Source: a virus (taxonomy: Duplodnaviria > Caudoviricetes). Taken from it: a DNA stretch of 64,000 bases. Of the stretch, positions 25,773-35,080 are shown piece by piece (the first letter of the stretch is position 1; every line of letters begins with the position of its first letter). The stretch covers positions 47,405 through 111,404 of the IMG/VR virus record IMGVR_UViG_3300034071_000801; one strand, given 5' to 3'. The notes beneath the pieces were generated by a model. That model saw nothing but the letters and a program-made list of their open reading frames with translations. It was not told the DNA's origin and ran no database searches. The position numbers were made by a program, and so were the translations under genes.

Positions 25773-27335
25773 ATGGCAATTCAAACAATTCCTGGGTTAA
25801 CTGGTTTTACTTATGCTCGTGTAGCGTCTATGGACAAACGTGCAGTAGGAAAACTAACAGACTCTAACCACTTAGAGAGTTTTCACTCTACTGAGCCTGC
25901 AGACTATGATAAAAAAATCATCAGTCTTTATACACAGAGCTCACTTTACAGTAATGACTTCTTAGACATGATCAACAAAAGCACACCTTATTACATCGAT
26001 AATAATAGTGATGCATGGAAATGGCAAGTAGCAGTTCCTTACAAATTCCCAAAAATTATTGACATTCCTTCTACTACACAAGATTTAATTGATCTTGGTA
26101 AAACAGGTATTGATGGTCAAGAGTTCCAATTAGTATTAGATACTAACGAGTTCTCTAAAAACGCTATCATCTCTGTAGGTACACGTCAATATGGTCCACG
26201 TTTCTACGTGATCAAAGATCCATTACCTTGGAATATGGGATACTTGTATTCATTTACATTAGTAACTGATAATCCACAAGTTGATTTTGTTAATCCTGTA
26301 TTCTTACAATATGGTGTAGAACTAGAATTAGTTGATGCAGCTATTGGTGAGTTTGATCAAGACTTATTAGGTCTTCCAAGATTAGGTGAGCAAATCACAA
26401 TGTTTGAATCATTAGGTTCTGCATATGGATATGAGCACAAAATCACAGAATGGGCTGATGACAAAATGATGAGAGATGCTTCTGGTAAACCATTAGACAT
26501 CTTGGTATATGCTCCACAAAGACGTAACCAATTACCACTTACACGTAATGATGTTAAATGGGAACCGTTTATTGAATTCTGGATGCGTAAATCAATGATT
26601 GAATTGAAAGTTAAACGTATGATCTGGGCTAAACCAGGTACAGTTAAATCTGGAGGTTCTAAACAAGAATTGAAAAGAACATCTGCTGGTGTATACCACA
26701 GAATGCGTAACAATGGAAACTTGGTACAATATAATAGAGGTGAATTCTCTGCTAACTTGATCCGTTCTGTATTTGGAGATTTATTCTACAGAAGAGTGGA
26801 TGTGAAAGATAGAAGTGTAAAAATGTATACTAATGAAGCTGGATTCGATGTATTCCAACAAGCTTTAAAAACAGATGCATTAAATTCAGGTCTTACTTTC
26901 ATGGCTGATTCTGGAAACAGATACATGCAAGGTGAAGGACAACATATCACTTACAACTTTGCATTTGATGCAATGGTAACTCGTGAGACTGGTAGAGTTG
27001 AATTGATTCACTTAAAAGAATTAGATTTACCACAATCTAACTTAGAGTTTGGACAAAACAAAAAATCTACTCCTGTATTTATGGTGTTTGATGTTTCTCC
27101 AATGTCTGATGGTTCAATGGTAAACAACATTAGAGAAGTACGTATGAAAGGTGCTCCTTCTATGACTTGGGGTTATATTGATGGAACTCGTCATCACTTA
27201 GGTTTTGCTAAATCTCAAGGTATGTCAAGTGCTAATAAATTCCCAGGATACGAAATCTGGATGAAAGACAGATGTGATGTATTTATTGAAGATTTGTCTA
27301 GAACTGTGTTGATTGAGGAAATGCCACAATTCTAA
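25773..27335 (+). CDS. Major capsid protein
   Basis: 520 aa; position after portal/scaffold; codon bias of a highly expressed gene; followed by a terminator-like hairpin. Confidence 0.85.
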   Translation: MAIQTIPGLTGFTYARVASMDKRAVGKLTDSNHLESFHSTEPADYDKKIISLYTQSSLYSNDFLDMINKSTPYYIDNNSDAWKWQVAVPYKFPKIIDIPSTTQDLIDLGKTGIDGQEFQLVLDTNEFSKNAIISVGTRQYGPRFYVIKDPLPWNMGYLYSFTLVTDNPQVDFVNPVFLQYGVELELVDAAIGEFDQDLLGLPRLGEQITMFESLGSAYGYEHKITEWADDKMMRDASGKPLDILVYAPQRRNQLPLTRNDVKWEPFIEFWMRKSMIELKVKRMIWAKPGTVKSGGSKQELKRTSAGVYHRMRNNGNLVQYNRGEFSANLIRSVFGDLFYRRVDVKDRSVKMYTNEAGFDVFQQALKTDALNSGLTFMADSGNRYMQGEGQHITYNFAFDAMVTRETGRVELIHLKELDLPQSNLEFGQNKKSTPVFMVFDVSPMSDGSMVNNIREVRMKGAPSMTWGYIDGTRHHLGFAKSQGMSSANKFPGYEIWMKDRCDVFIEDLSRTVLIEEMPQF

Positions 27336-27347
27336 TAATGAAATTGA

Positions 27348-27389
27348 AGAAGTAATGCTTACCATAAGAACAGCATACTTCTCTTTTTT
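27348..27389 (+). terminator. Terminator-like hairpin after the capsid gene
   Basis: AGAAGTAATGCT...AGCATACTTCT followed by CTTTTTT. Confidence 0.5.
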
Positions 27390-27544
27390 CCGAGAAAAAT
27401 CCCCTCACCTCCTCTCCCTCCCAGAGGGGATTGATCTCAAACTTACTTAGTCAAGCCTCTTGCATAGCAACGTAACTAAGTGTCAGAGTGTTGAAATGGA
27501 TAGTATCCATGTTCAGGTTCCTTCGGTGGAACCACTCTACAAAT

Positions 27545-27618
27545 CGTGTGATGGAGAAGTTGGTTATCTCGTCTGGCTCATAACCAGAAGGTCATAGGTT
27601 CGAGTCCTATTCACGCAA
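27545..27618 (+). tRNA. tRNA-Met(CAT), initiator-like
   Basis: Full cloverleaf; C1xA72 mismatch, A11-U24, anticodon arm TCTGG-CTCATAA-CCAGA, T arm ATAGG-TTCGAGT-CCTAT; CCA not encoded. Confidence 0.92.
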
Positions 27619-27652
27619 CAAATTAAAACCAATTATTAAATTTAACTACATT

Positions 27653-28624
27653 ATGGGTAAGACAGGCAAAATTTCTACTATTAAGAGAGACTATACGAAT
27701 AGTGCTCAACTTCAAACAATGGATAGTGGACTATCACAAAAAGGAATGACAAGAATCCCTGGAACAGGAGTATTCAAATATCCTTATAAAGAATTAGATG
27801 GTAAGTACAGAACAGGATTAGATGAGAATGCTACGTACATTAAAAGAATCCAAGATCCTTTAGAAAAAGAATTAGAGATTGAAAGAGTGAGAGCTCTTAA
27901 AATAAAACTTGAGAATGAAATAGGTGATATTGATTTAGGACCTCGTTCACAATTCTGGAACTATGGTTTATCAACTTCTACAGATGATCAAACACACGTA
28001 CAAGTAGTTAAACTATTAGATGGTGATAACTATTTTGATCTATCAAATGCTTTTCAAGAAATAGCTTTTTCATGGTTAAGAGTTCATCCAACAATTGCAA
28101 GTTCATATCAAGCTTGGGAAAGAGGTGAGTTCGCAGCAGATACACAATTTTATGTTGTAGATGATGAAATTGAAAATGCAGTGATCTTTAAGAAAAAACA
28201 ATTGATCAATAAAGCTATTGTTAAGTTTGATTCTATGAGTCCTGAGAAGAAGAAAAAAGTTGCAAGACTTTTAGGTCTTCCAGTAACAGAAGAAACAAAA
28301 GAAGAAGTGGTTTATAACTTAGTAGATAATGTATTGAAACAAACAGAATTCAAGAATGGTAAATATTCAGGATTGAGTCCAGTTGAAGTGTTCAATAGAT
28401 TTGCAGATATGAAAGAAGCCTTACTCCATATAAAAGATTTAGTAAAACAAGCTGTAGCACATTCAGTTTATAGAATCAAACCAAACGGTAAGATTTATGA
28501 AGGTGAATTTGAAATAGCTAAAGATGAGGAAGATTTAATTAGATTCCTAGCTGATGATGATAACCAAGATGAGTTATTAGTATTAGAAGGTAAATTGAAA
28601 ACTAAAAAGCTAGCTGCTGTATAA
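27653..28624 (+). CDS. Conserved crAss-like protein downstream of the capsid gene
   Basis: 323 aa; synteny only. Confidence 0.7.
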   Translation: MGKTGKISTIKRDYTNSAQLQTMDSGLSQKGMTRIPGTGVFKYPYKELDGKYRTGLDENATYIKRIQDPLEKELEIERVRALKIKLENEIGDIDLGPRSQFWNYGLSTSTDDQTHVQVVKLLDGDNYFDLSNAFQEIAFSWLRVHPTIASSYQAWERGEFAADTQFYVVDDEIENAVIFKKKQLINKAIVKFDSMSPEKKKKVARLLGLPVTEETKEEVVYNLVDNVLKQTEFKNGKYSGLSPVEVFNRFADMKEALLHIKDLVKQAVAHSVYRIKPNGKIYEGEFEIAKDEEDLIRFLADDDNQDELLVLEGKLKTKKLAAV

Positions 28625-28652
28625 GTAGCTAGTTTTAAAAATATAAAAGCAT

Positions 28653-29384
28653 ATGATCCCAGTAGATAGTTTATTGTATAAGATTGATCAGAAACTAAAT
28701 AAACTAGCCACAAATGATCATCAAAAAATACAGTTAGAGGATAAAATCTTAGCTTTGAATGAGGCTCAGATTAAGTTGATAAAACAAAAAGTTGATGGTA
28801 TTAGTGTAACTAGTGGATTAGGAATGGATGCATTTAAAAAACGTTATGAAGACTTACAGAGTCTTGTAATGAATTATAATCACCAACCCTTAACATTAAC
28901 ATTAAAGGATGCTGATTTAAATCAATGGGCTGCTAATATTCATTTACTTGAACCTAAGTATATGTTCTATGTTGACAGCTACGCATTAGCTGATAAAGGT
29001 AGATGTAAAGATAGAAAGATATGGATTAATCGAGATCTTGCTAAACATGGCGATCTTCAATTCATATTAAATAATGATCATTATAAACCTTCATTTGAAT
29101 ATCAAGAAACATTTAACTTCTTAGCATCAGATGAAATAAGTATATTCACCGATGGTACATTTACACCTAAGAATATACAGATAATGTACATGAGATATCC
29201 AGTGTATATAAATAAGACAGGATATATTATGTTAGATGGGCAACCATCATATGATGCTGATTGTGAATTAGAAACATATCTAGAAGATGAACTTTTAGAT
29301 CTTACAGTTCAGAATCTAGCAATGTATACTGAGAATGCTGCAGCAGTACAAAGTGCTCAGTTCAGAATACAAACAAACGAATAA
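28653..29384 (+). CDS. Putative tail ring/tubular protein
   Basis: 243 aa; LNEAQ near the N-terminus, YMRYP...CEL...DELL..TV at the C-terminus as in crAss-like ring proteins. Confidence 0.6.
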   Translation: MIPVDSLLYKIDQKLNKLATNDHQKIQLEDKILALNEAQIKLIKQKVDGISVTSGLGMDAFKKRYEDLQSLVMNYNHQPLTLTLKDADLNQWAANIHLLEPKYMFYVDSYALADKGRCKDRKIWINRDLAKHGDLQFILNNDHYKPSFEYQETFNFLASDEISIFTDGTFTPKNIQIMYMRYPVYINKTGYIMLDGQPSYDADCELETYLEDELLDLTVQNLAMYTENAAAVQSAQFRIQTNE

Positions 29385-29409
29385 TTTTTTAACATTTAAA
29401 TAAATAAAA

Positions 29410-30603
29410 ATGGCTGATTTTTCATTAACCACGCTCTTCGTGGTTCCAGTAGGGCAAACTGCACTCCCTAGCTCTGGCTCAACACAAAACTTGACTGCAG
29501 GACAAGTTGGAATTTTTAATAATTTGTATGCTACGGTAACTAGCTCAACTATTAATAACTTCCCTTATTTTTACGTTGCCCAAGGTAGAACAAACACTTA
29601 TTTGCAAGGATCTAAAAGATCTGATAGAATTGCAGGTGGTTCATCAGTTCTTACAGGAAATGTACAAACAATTAGACCTAATGGTTCTAATGTAACAGAA
29701 TGGTATAAAGTAACAGGATGCCCAACAGCTGCTAACCAAATTACTGATGTAACTGATTTCACTGTACAATGTGGAGAAGTTATTACATTAACTTTGCGTG
29801 CTCACTCTTCTTATATTGATACATTGTATTTCAATGGTTTCACTAGATCAGTAACTATTCAAGCTCCTTGTTGTAACTGTGATAGTAACCCATGTGCTGA
29901 TGTAAGTACATCTACTATCATTGATGAATTAATTTATCAATTGAATTTGAAAGCTCCAGGAAACAACCCTGATAACATTTCATTCTCTACATTCTATACA
30001 TTTGAAAATGTAGGTGGAACTATTTTACGTATTACAGGAAAACCATTGACTATCTATGGACAACCTTGTGATGTAGCTGCATTCCCTTTTGAATATGACA
30101 GAATGTCTTTCAGAACATTTGTATATGCTGGTCCAGCTACTACTGCTGACTTTATTGTTGCAGATGCTTGTAACTTTGTTGCTCAACCAATCATCACTCA
30201 ACGTGCTTCTTATGCTACTGGTACATCTGCAGAAATTGCTCAATTAGAGAAAAATTTCTATAGCTACCAAGCTGGTTACTTGAAACACCTTTACAGAATG
30301 AATGGATATAACGAGAACTTTGAGACTTGGGTATCTAGTGGTGTTACATATGATACATACTACATTAAATTTAATGAGTATGATAAATCTGCATACCAAT
30401 GGGGTGATTACATTCAAGAAGATTCAACTGTAATCATTGCTGCTCCAAACTCTTTAACAAGTGGTATTGCTGCTGCAATTGAAACTGTTTTAGAAGCTGC
30501 TTTAGGAACTGTATTAGATAACAATGCTTGTATTACAACTACAACTACTACATCTAGTGCTCCTGCATCTACTACTACTACAACTTCTACAAACATTCCT
30601 TAA
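29410..30603 (+). CDS. Abundant virion protein, probable auxiliary capsid protein
   Basis: 397 aa, strong codon bias, Thr-rich tail, downstream hairpin at 30640-30680; synteny. Confidence 0.55.
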   Translation: MADFSLTTLFVVPVGQTALPSSGSTQNLTAGQVGIFNNLYATVTSSTINNFPYFYVAQGRTNTYLQGSKRSDRIAGGSSVLTGNVQTIRPNGSNVTEWYKVTGCPTAANQITDVTDFTVQCGEVITLTLRAHSSYIDTLYFNGFTRSVTIQAPCCNCDSNPCADVSTSTIIDELIYQLNLKAPGNNPDNISFSTFYTFENVGGTILRITGKPLTIYGQPCDVAAFPFEYDRMSFRTFVYAGPATTADFIVADACNFVAQPIITQRASYATGTSAEIAQLEKNFYSYQAGYLKHLYRMNGYNENFETWVSSGVTYDTYYIKFNEYDKSAYQWGDYIQEDSTVIIAAPNSLTSGIAAAIETVLEAALGTVLDNNACITTTTTTSSAPASTTTTTSTNIP

Positions 30604-30695
30604 GAATACGAAGAAGTAATAAATATTATTAAATAACCTATGCCAGGGGAAAGAGGATATCACTCATATTCCTCTGGCATATTTATTAAAAAAAC

Positions 30696-31259
30696 ATGGC
30701 AAACTTACAATTAGATATATTAGTAGTCCCTACTTACGATGTTAATACTCTTGGTGTTGCAGATGCTTCTGTATATCCTACCAATCCTCCAGTGGTCTCA
30801 GCACCATCTATTGAGATTGATATTCCAGGATTCGGAATCAAAATACTACCTTTTGTTCCTAACCAATTAAATGTATTTACATCATCTAATTTAGGAATTA
30901 CAGAACCTGGTTGTAATCAACCACTTCCTGATGGAGTATACAGATTAAAATATTCTGTAGCTCCTGCATATGCAAATTATGTAGAAAAGACTATAATACG
31001 TGTTGAGAGACTTCAAGAGAAGTTTGACAGTGCTTTCCTCCAATTAAATATGATGGAGTGTGATAGGGCCCTTAAAACGCAATCTAGCGTACAATTAAAT
31101 ACAATCAACTTCTTTATCCAAGGAGCTATTGCAGCAGCTAATAACTGTGCAGAATATGAATCAAATACATTATATGCTCAAGCAGATAATATGTTAAACG
31201 GTTTTCTTAAATCTAACTGTGGTTGTTCTGGTAACAACTACCAAATAAACTTTTATTAA
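30696..31259 (+). CDS. Putative tail hub/fibre-docking protein
   Basis: LPDGVYRLKYSV motif; crAss-like synteny. Confidence 0.5.
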   Translation: MANLQLDILVVPTYDVNTLGVADASVYPTNPPVVSAPSIEIDIPGFGIKILPFVPNQLNVFTSSNLGITEPGCNQPLPDGVYRLKYSVAPAYANYVEKTIIRVERLQEKFDSAFLQLNMMECDRALKTQSSVQLNTINFFIQGAIAAANNCAEYESNTLYAQADNMLNGFLKSNCGCSGNNYQINFY

Positions 31260-31261
31260 TT

Positions 31262-31357
31262 ATGGCACAATGTTCAGAATGCGGAGCTAAAGTGGGGTGT
31301 GGCTGTCAATTGACCAATGGAATGTGTGCACACTGTGCATCCAAAGTAAACAAATAA
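31262..31357 (+). CDS. 31-aa Cys-rich peptide (not in ORF track)
   Basis: MAQCSECGAKVGCGCQLTNGMCAHCASKVNK*; fills the gap between two co-oriented genes. Confidence 0.7.
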   Translation: MAQCSECGAKVGCGCQLTNGMCAHCASKVNK

Positions 31358-31366
31358 ATTGTTATT

Positions 31367-31735
31367 ATGTTATCACCTAGACTAACTAATTGTCCAGAAT
31401 GTGCAAACATTCCTTCTTTACTTAAAAAAATAGATTGCAAGTTAGCAGAGCTTGGTAATAGTTTGTACAACAATGTTTCATACATGTTGAACAATCCTAT
31501 ACCTGCTGGTGATATTCTTCAATTAATAGGGTATAGAAGAATACTACAGTATAAATATATAAACCCTAATTACGTTCATAGATACTCAGTCAATATGATT
31601 GCTAGTAGAGTGATACGACTTACAGTGGGATGTGTTAGCAAATGTAATACTCCAGAACCTTGTTTAGAGGTTCCTTGTAATATTACAGTAGTACCAAATC
31701 CTACAACCACTACAACAACAACAACAATAGATTAA
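31367..31735 (+). CDS. Putative virion structural protein
   Basis: 122 aa, Cys-rich, C-terminal poly-Thr. Confidence 0.65.
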   Translation: MLSPRLTNCPECANIPSLLKKIDCKLAELGNSLYNNVSYMLNNPIPAGDILQLIGYRRILQYKYINPNYVHRYSVNMIASRVIRLTVGCVSKCNTPEPCLEVPCNITVVPNPTTTTTTTTID

Positions 31736-31754
31736 ACCTTTTAAAATAAAAACT

Positions 31755-32858
31755 ATGTCCAATTGCACAAATTGTTTCAACGGATGTACAGAGATTGTCT
31801 CTGACAGATGTGTCAAATATACAGGAATAGATGTTCCTGCTTTAGGAATTCAAACAGGTGATACATTATCTTCTGTAGAACAATCACTCACTACATATCT
31901 TGTATCTGTATTAGATGGATCTGGAGTGAAGATAGATCTTACTAGTATTGATATATGCACGGTTGTACAAAAATATCTTCCTGTATGTTCAACTTGTACA
32001 GACATATCAATTGCAGATATATCAAAAGCTCTTATTCAAGCTGCTTGCGATTTACAAGAACAAATTGATGGTATTATAGTAGAACTTAATATATTAAATG
32101 CTGATTATAATATTGGATGTTTAACAGGTGTTACAGCTTCTTCAAATACACATGCTATTGTGCAAGCTGTCATAACTAAAGTTTGTTCATTAGGAGTTGA
32201 TTTAATAGCTCTTGCATTAGATCTTGATACAAACTATGTAAAGATTGCTGATCTAAATGGATATATTGCAGCTTATTTAGCTAGTATTGGAACAAGTACA
32301 AAGTATTATAATAGAATGGTTCCTTATGCTGTAGTTGAATACTACGGTGCTATAGCAGGAAACTTTGATGGTACAGGTGCTGGTCTTGTTTCAGGTAATT
32401 GGGAAAAGATATATCTTTGTAATGGATTAAATGGAACACCAGATAAAAGAGGTGTTGTAGGTGTAGGAACAACAGATGGTACTATGTTAGGAGGAGCTAT
32501 GCCTCCTCAAACTTCACCAGGTGGATTTAATCCAACATATACATTAAATAGTACAGGAAGTACAACAAATCAAACTTCACTTCTATTAACTCAAATACCT
32601 AGTCATACACACGTAGCTACAGTAACATTAACAGATCCTGGACATACACATACATATAAATATACAAATGATGTAACTAGTAGTGGACCTGCAGCAATTG
32701 AAGATGGTGTAGTTACAGATGCTACTGCTACAGGAGCAATTAATTCTAATACAACAGGTATTACAGTGACAGTAGCAAATGCTTCACAAGGTGGTGGAGG
32801 AGCTCACTCAAATGTTCAAGTTGGACGTGGATGTTATTATATTCAATACAGACCTTAA
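31755..32858 (+). CDS. Tail fibre/collar-domain protein
   Basis: LCNGLNGTPDKRG collar motif, HTH (His-x-His) repeats, GGGGAHSNVQ...YYIQ terminus. Confidence 0.75.
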   Translation: MSNCTNCFNGCTEIVSDRCVKYTGIDVPALGIQTGDTLSSVEQSLTTYLVSVLDGSGVKIDLTSIDICTVVQKYLPVCSTCTDISIADISKALIQAACDLQEQIDGIIVELNILNADYNIGCLTGVTASSNTHAIVQAVITKVCSLGVDLIALALDLDTNYVKIADLNGYIAAYLASIGTSTKYYNRMVPYAVVEYYGAIAGNFDGTGAGLVSGNWEKIYLCNGLNGTPDKRGVVGVGTTDGTMLGGAMPPQTSPGGFNPTYTLNSTGSTTNQTSLLLTQIPSHTHVATVTLTDPGHTHTYKYTNDVTSSGPAAIEDGVVTDATATGAINSNTTGITVTVANASQGGGGAHSNVQVGRGCYYIQYRP

Positions 32859-32871
32859 TAAATAAATAAAA

Positions 32872-34080
32872 ATGGCATATCCATATTTACCAGTAAATCC
32901 TTGCTGTACAGATGTAGTTATAAATGATGTTTGTGGATGTAGTTCTACAATCACTAATAGTGGTTGTAATACTAATGATCCATGTTCAACACATTTAACT
33001 GCTTCTAGTACTATTGTTTATAATGGTCCTGCATTAACATGCACAACAGCTGAACCATGTGATACACTTAATGTAGTATTACAAAAGATTGATGAGATTA
33101 TATGTAATCTACTTAGTCAAATAAATTCATTAACTATTCAAGTAAATAATATTACTAATCAGTTAATAAATATTAATAGTAACATATCAACTATATATGA
33201 TACATTAGATGTATGTTGTGTTGTTACAACTACAACTACTACTACAGTAAATATACCTTGTGAAAGTTTCTTATTAACAAATACAGGAATAGACCCATTA
33301 GCTATCATTATAACTGATTGTATTACAGGATTAGAAGAAGCAATTGTTTTATTACCAGGAGATACAAATATCTGTGTTGAAACAGATAGTTCATTAATTC
33401 TTCCTGGAACAGTTATAGCTACACCAACAGGTCCTTGTAATACTACTACAACTACTACAAGTAGTTCTTCAACTACAACAACAACTACCACTTTTCCTTG
33501 TGAATGTCTTACATTTACTAATACAGATAATAGTGCAGTAGATCATAATATTTCATATAACGATTGTATTGGTGAACTTATTGATACTACAATCTCTGCA
33601 AATGAAATAATAAAAGTTTGTGGATGTTGTGGTTTTGCAGATAGCCCATTAGTAACTATATCAATAGGAGCTAATTGTATTGGTGGATTATGTCCTACCA
33701 CTACAACTACTACTACAATTGCACCTACAACAACTACTACTACTACAGCGTATAGTAACCCTTGTACATGTATGAACGTAACTATTTCTCAAACAGATTT
33801 AGATGATGCTACAGGAAATACACCTGCACCAGGAAAAGCTGATAATACAGTTTACTTAACTACTACTAAAGGTGCTGGATGTGATGGATCTGAGATAGCT
33901 GCTGAATACACTGTAGCAGGACCTACTGTTGATGGATTTTGTATAAAAACAAGTGACTTAAGTAGCATTGCATTATTCTATTATAAAAATAATGTTCCTG
34001 TATATTTCCCAGCTACAGATAGTGTATACACTATTCTATATACTACTTGTACAACATTTGGTGATTGTAATCCTGTATAA
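32872..34080 (+). CDS. Cys/Thr-rich fibre or decoration protein
   Basis: Short coiled coil, Cys-bounded modules separated by poly-Thr tracts. Confidence 0.65.
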   Translation: MAYPYLPVNPCCTDVVINDVCGCSSTITNSGCNTNDPCSTHLTASSTIVYNGPALTCTTAEPCDTLNVVLQKIDEIICNLLSQINSLTIQVNNITNQLININSNISTIYDTLDVCCVVTTTTTTTVNIPCESFLLTNTGIDPLAIIITDCITGLEEAIVLLPGDTNICVETDSSLILPGTVIATPTGPCNTTTTTTSSSSTTTTTTTFPCECLTFTNTDNSAVDHNISYNDCIGELIDTTISANEIIKVCGCCGFADSPLVTISIGANCIGGLCPTTTTTTTIAPTTTTTTTAYSNPCTCMNVTISQTDLDDATGNTPAPGKADNTVYLTTTKGAGCDGSEIAAEYTVAGPTVDGFCIKTSDLSSIALFYYKNNVPVYFPATDSVYTILYTTCTTFGDCNPV

Positions 34081-34091
34081 AATAAATAAAA

Positions 34092-34388
34092 ATGGCAAAT
34101 TGTCCTGAAATAAATAATATAACAATAATAGGAACGAGTGCTGTCATTTATGATAGTACTCCTCTTCCTTGTACAGGTGTAAATAATAATGATGATCTCA
34201 ATACTATTCTTTCTAAATTTGATGAAGTTATATGTAATGTAACATCTAGTGTATCTACACTAACAGAAGAAATTACAAATATTACAGAAGATGTAATGCT
34301 TATTGTAGAAGATTTATTAATTATAAATAATCAACTTAATATATGTTGTCCAACAACTACTACTACTTCTACAACATTAATAACTTAA
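34092..34388 (+). CDS. Short paralog of the 32872 protein N-terminus
   Basis: IYDSTPLPCT...DDLNTILSKFDEVICN matches VYNGPALTCT...DTLNVVLQKIDEIICN. Confidence 0.7.
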   Translation: MANCPEINNITIIGTSAVIYDSTPLPCTGVNNNDDLNTILSKFDEVICNVTSSVSTLTEEITNITEDVMLIVEDLLIINNQLNICCPTTTTTSTTLIT

Positions 34389-34398
34389 AATTAAACCA

Positions 34399-34902
34399 AT
34401 GACAGTATTAATAACATTAACAACAGCTGGAGCTGACTCAGGTCCATTTAATCTTTATTCAAATTTAGATGGGTACACCTCAGCATTTGAATCAGGAGTT
34501 TCTAAAGCTTCTTTATTAGCAGGATATGCTTCTGCATTAGTTCCTGATTACACAACTACTATAAGAATTAAATCAAATGGTAATTGTGTTAATTATATTG
34601 ACATTAACTTATATGGTACAACTACTACCACTACAACTTCTTCCCCTTTCTATCGTTGTATTAGATTAGATGGATGTGATGGATTTGGCTATAGAGATGT
34701 AGTTTATAATGCTTTATTTGAAACAGTTGGTCAAGTGTTCCAATATTATATATATACTGATCCAAGTGTTCTTCATTGTGGTACAGTTATAGATAATAAT
34801 GTAACATCAATTGCAGATTCATCTATTGTAAATATTACTCCAACTACTTGTGGTAATACAACTTATTGTGAGATTCCAAATCCAACTCCAAGTTTACCGT
34901 AA
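34399..34902 (+). CDS. Thr-rich virion protein
   Basis: N-terminal LTTAGADSGPF domain, poly-Thr linker, Cys-rich C-terminus. Confidence 0.65.
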   Translation: MTVLITLTTAGADSGPFNLYSNLDGYTSAFESGVSKASLLAGYASALVPDYTTTIRIKSNGNCVNYIDINLYGTTTTTTTSSPFYRCIRLDGCDGFGYRDVVYNALFETVGQVFQYYIYTDPSVLHCGTVIDNNVTSIADSSIVNITPTTCGNTTYCEIPNPTPSLP

Positions 34903-34941
34903 CTTAATAAAAAACCTTAGTTTGTTGGTTTTCTAAGGTTT

Positions 34942-34970
34942 CTCCCTGGGCATTTGTCTGGGGAGTTTTT
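34942..34970 (+). terminator. Intrinsic terminator
   Basis: CTCCCTGGGC-ATTT-GTCTGGGGAG-TTTTT, preceded by a second hairpin AAACCTTAG/CTAAGGTTT. Confidence 0.65.
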
Positions 34971-34974
34971 ATTT

Positions 34975-35052
34975 TATAACTAATTTAGTTATAAAGAATT
35001 ACAGCTCTAACTAAAATTATTTGGAATATATAAAAACTATTGTTTATCTTTA
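34975..35052 (+). promoter_or_regulatory. 28-bp palindromic box plus sigma-A promoter (copy 1)
   Basis: TATAACTAATTTAGTTATAAAGAATTAC-N17-TTTG-N21-TATCTTTA. Confidence 0.65.
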
Positions 35053-35080
35053 CGATATTTTTTAACTAATATGAATACAT

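Noticed and set aside
31755-34902. Diversity-generating retroelement acting on fibre genes
   Set aside because: No reverse transcriptase and no adenine-variant template/variable repeat pair seen in the window
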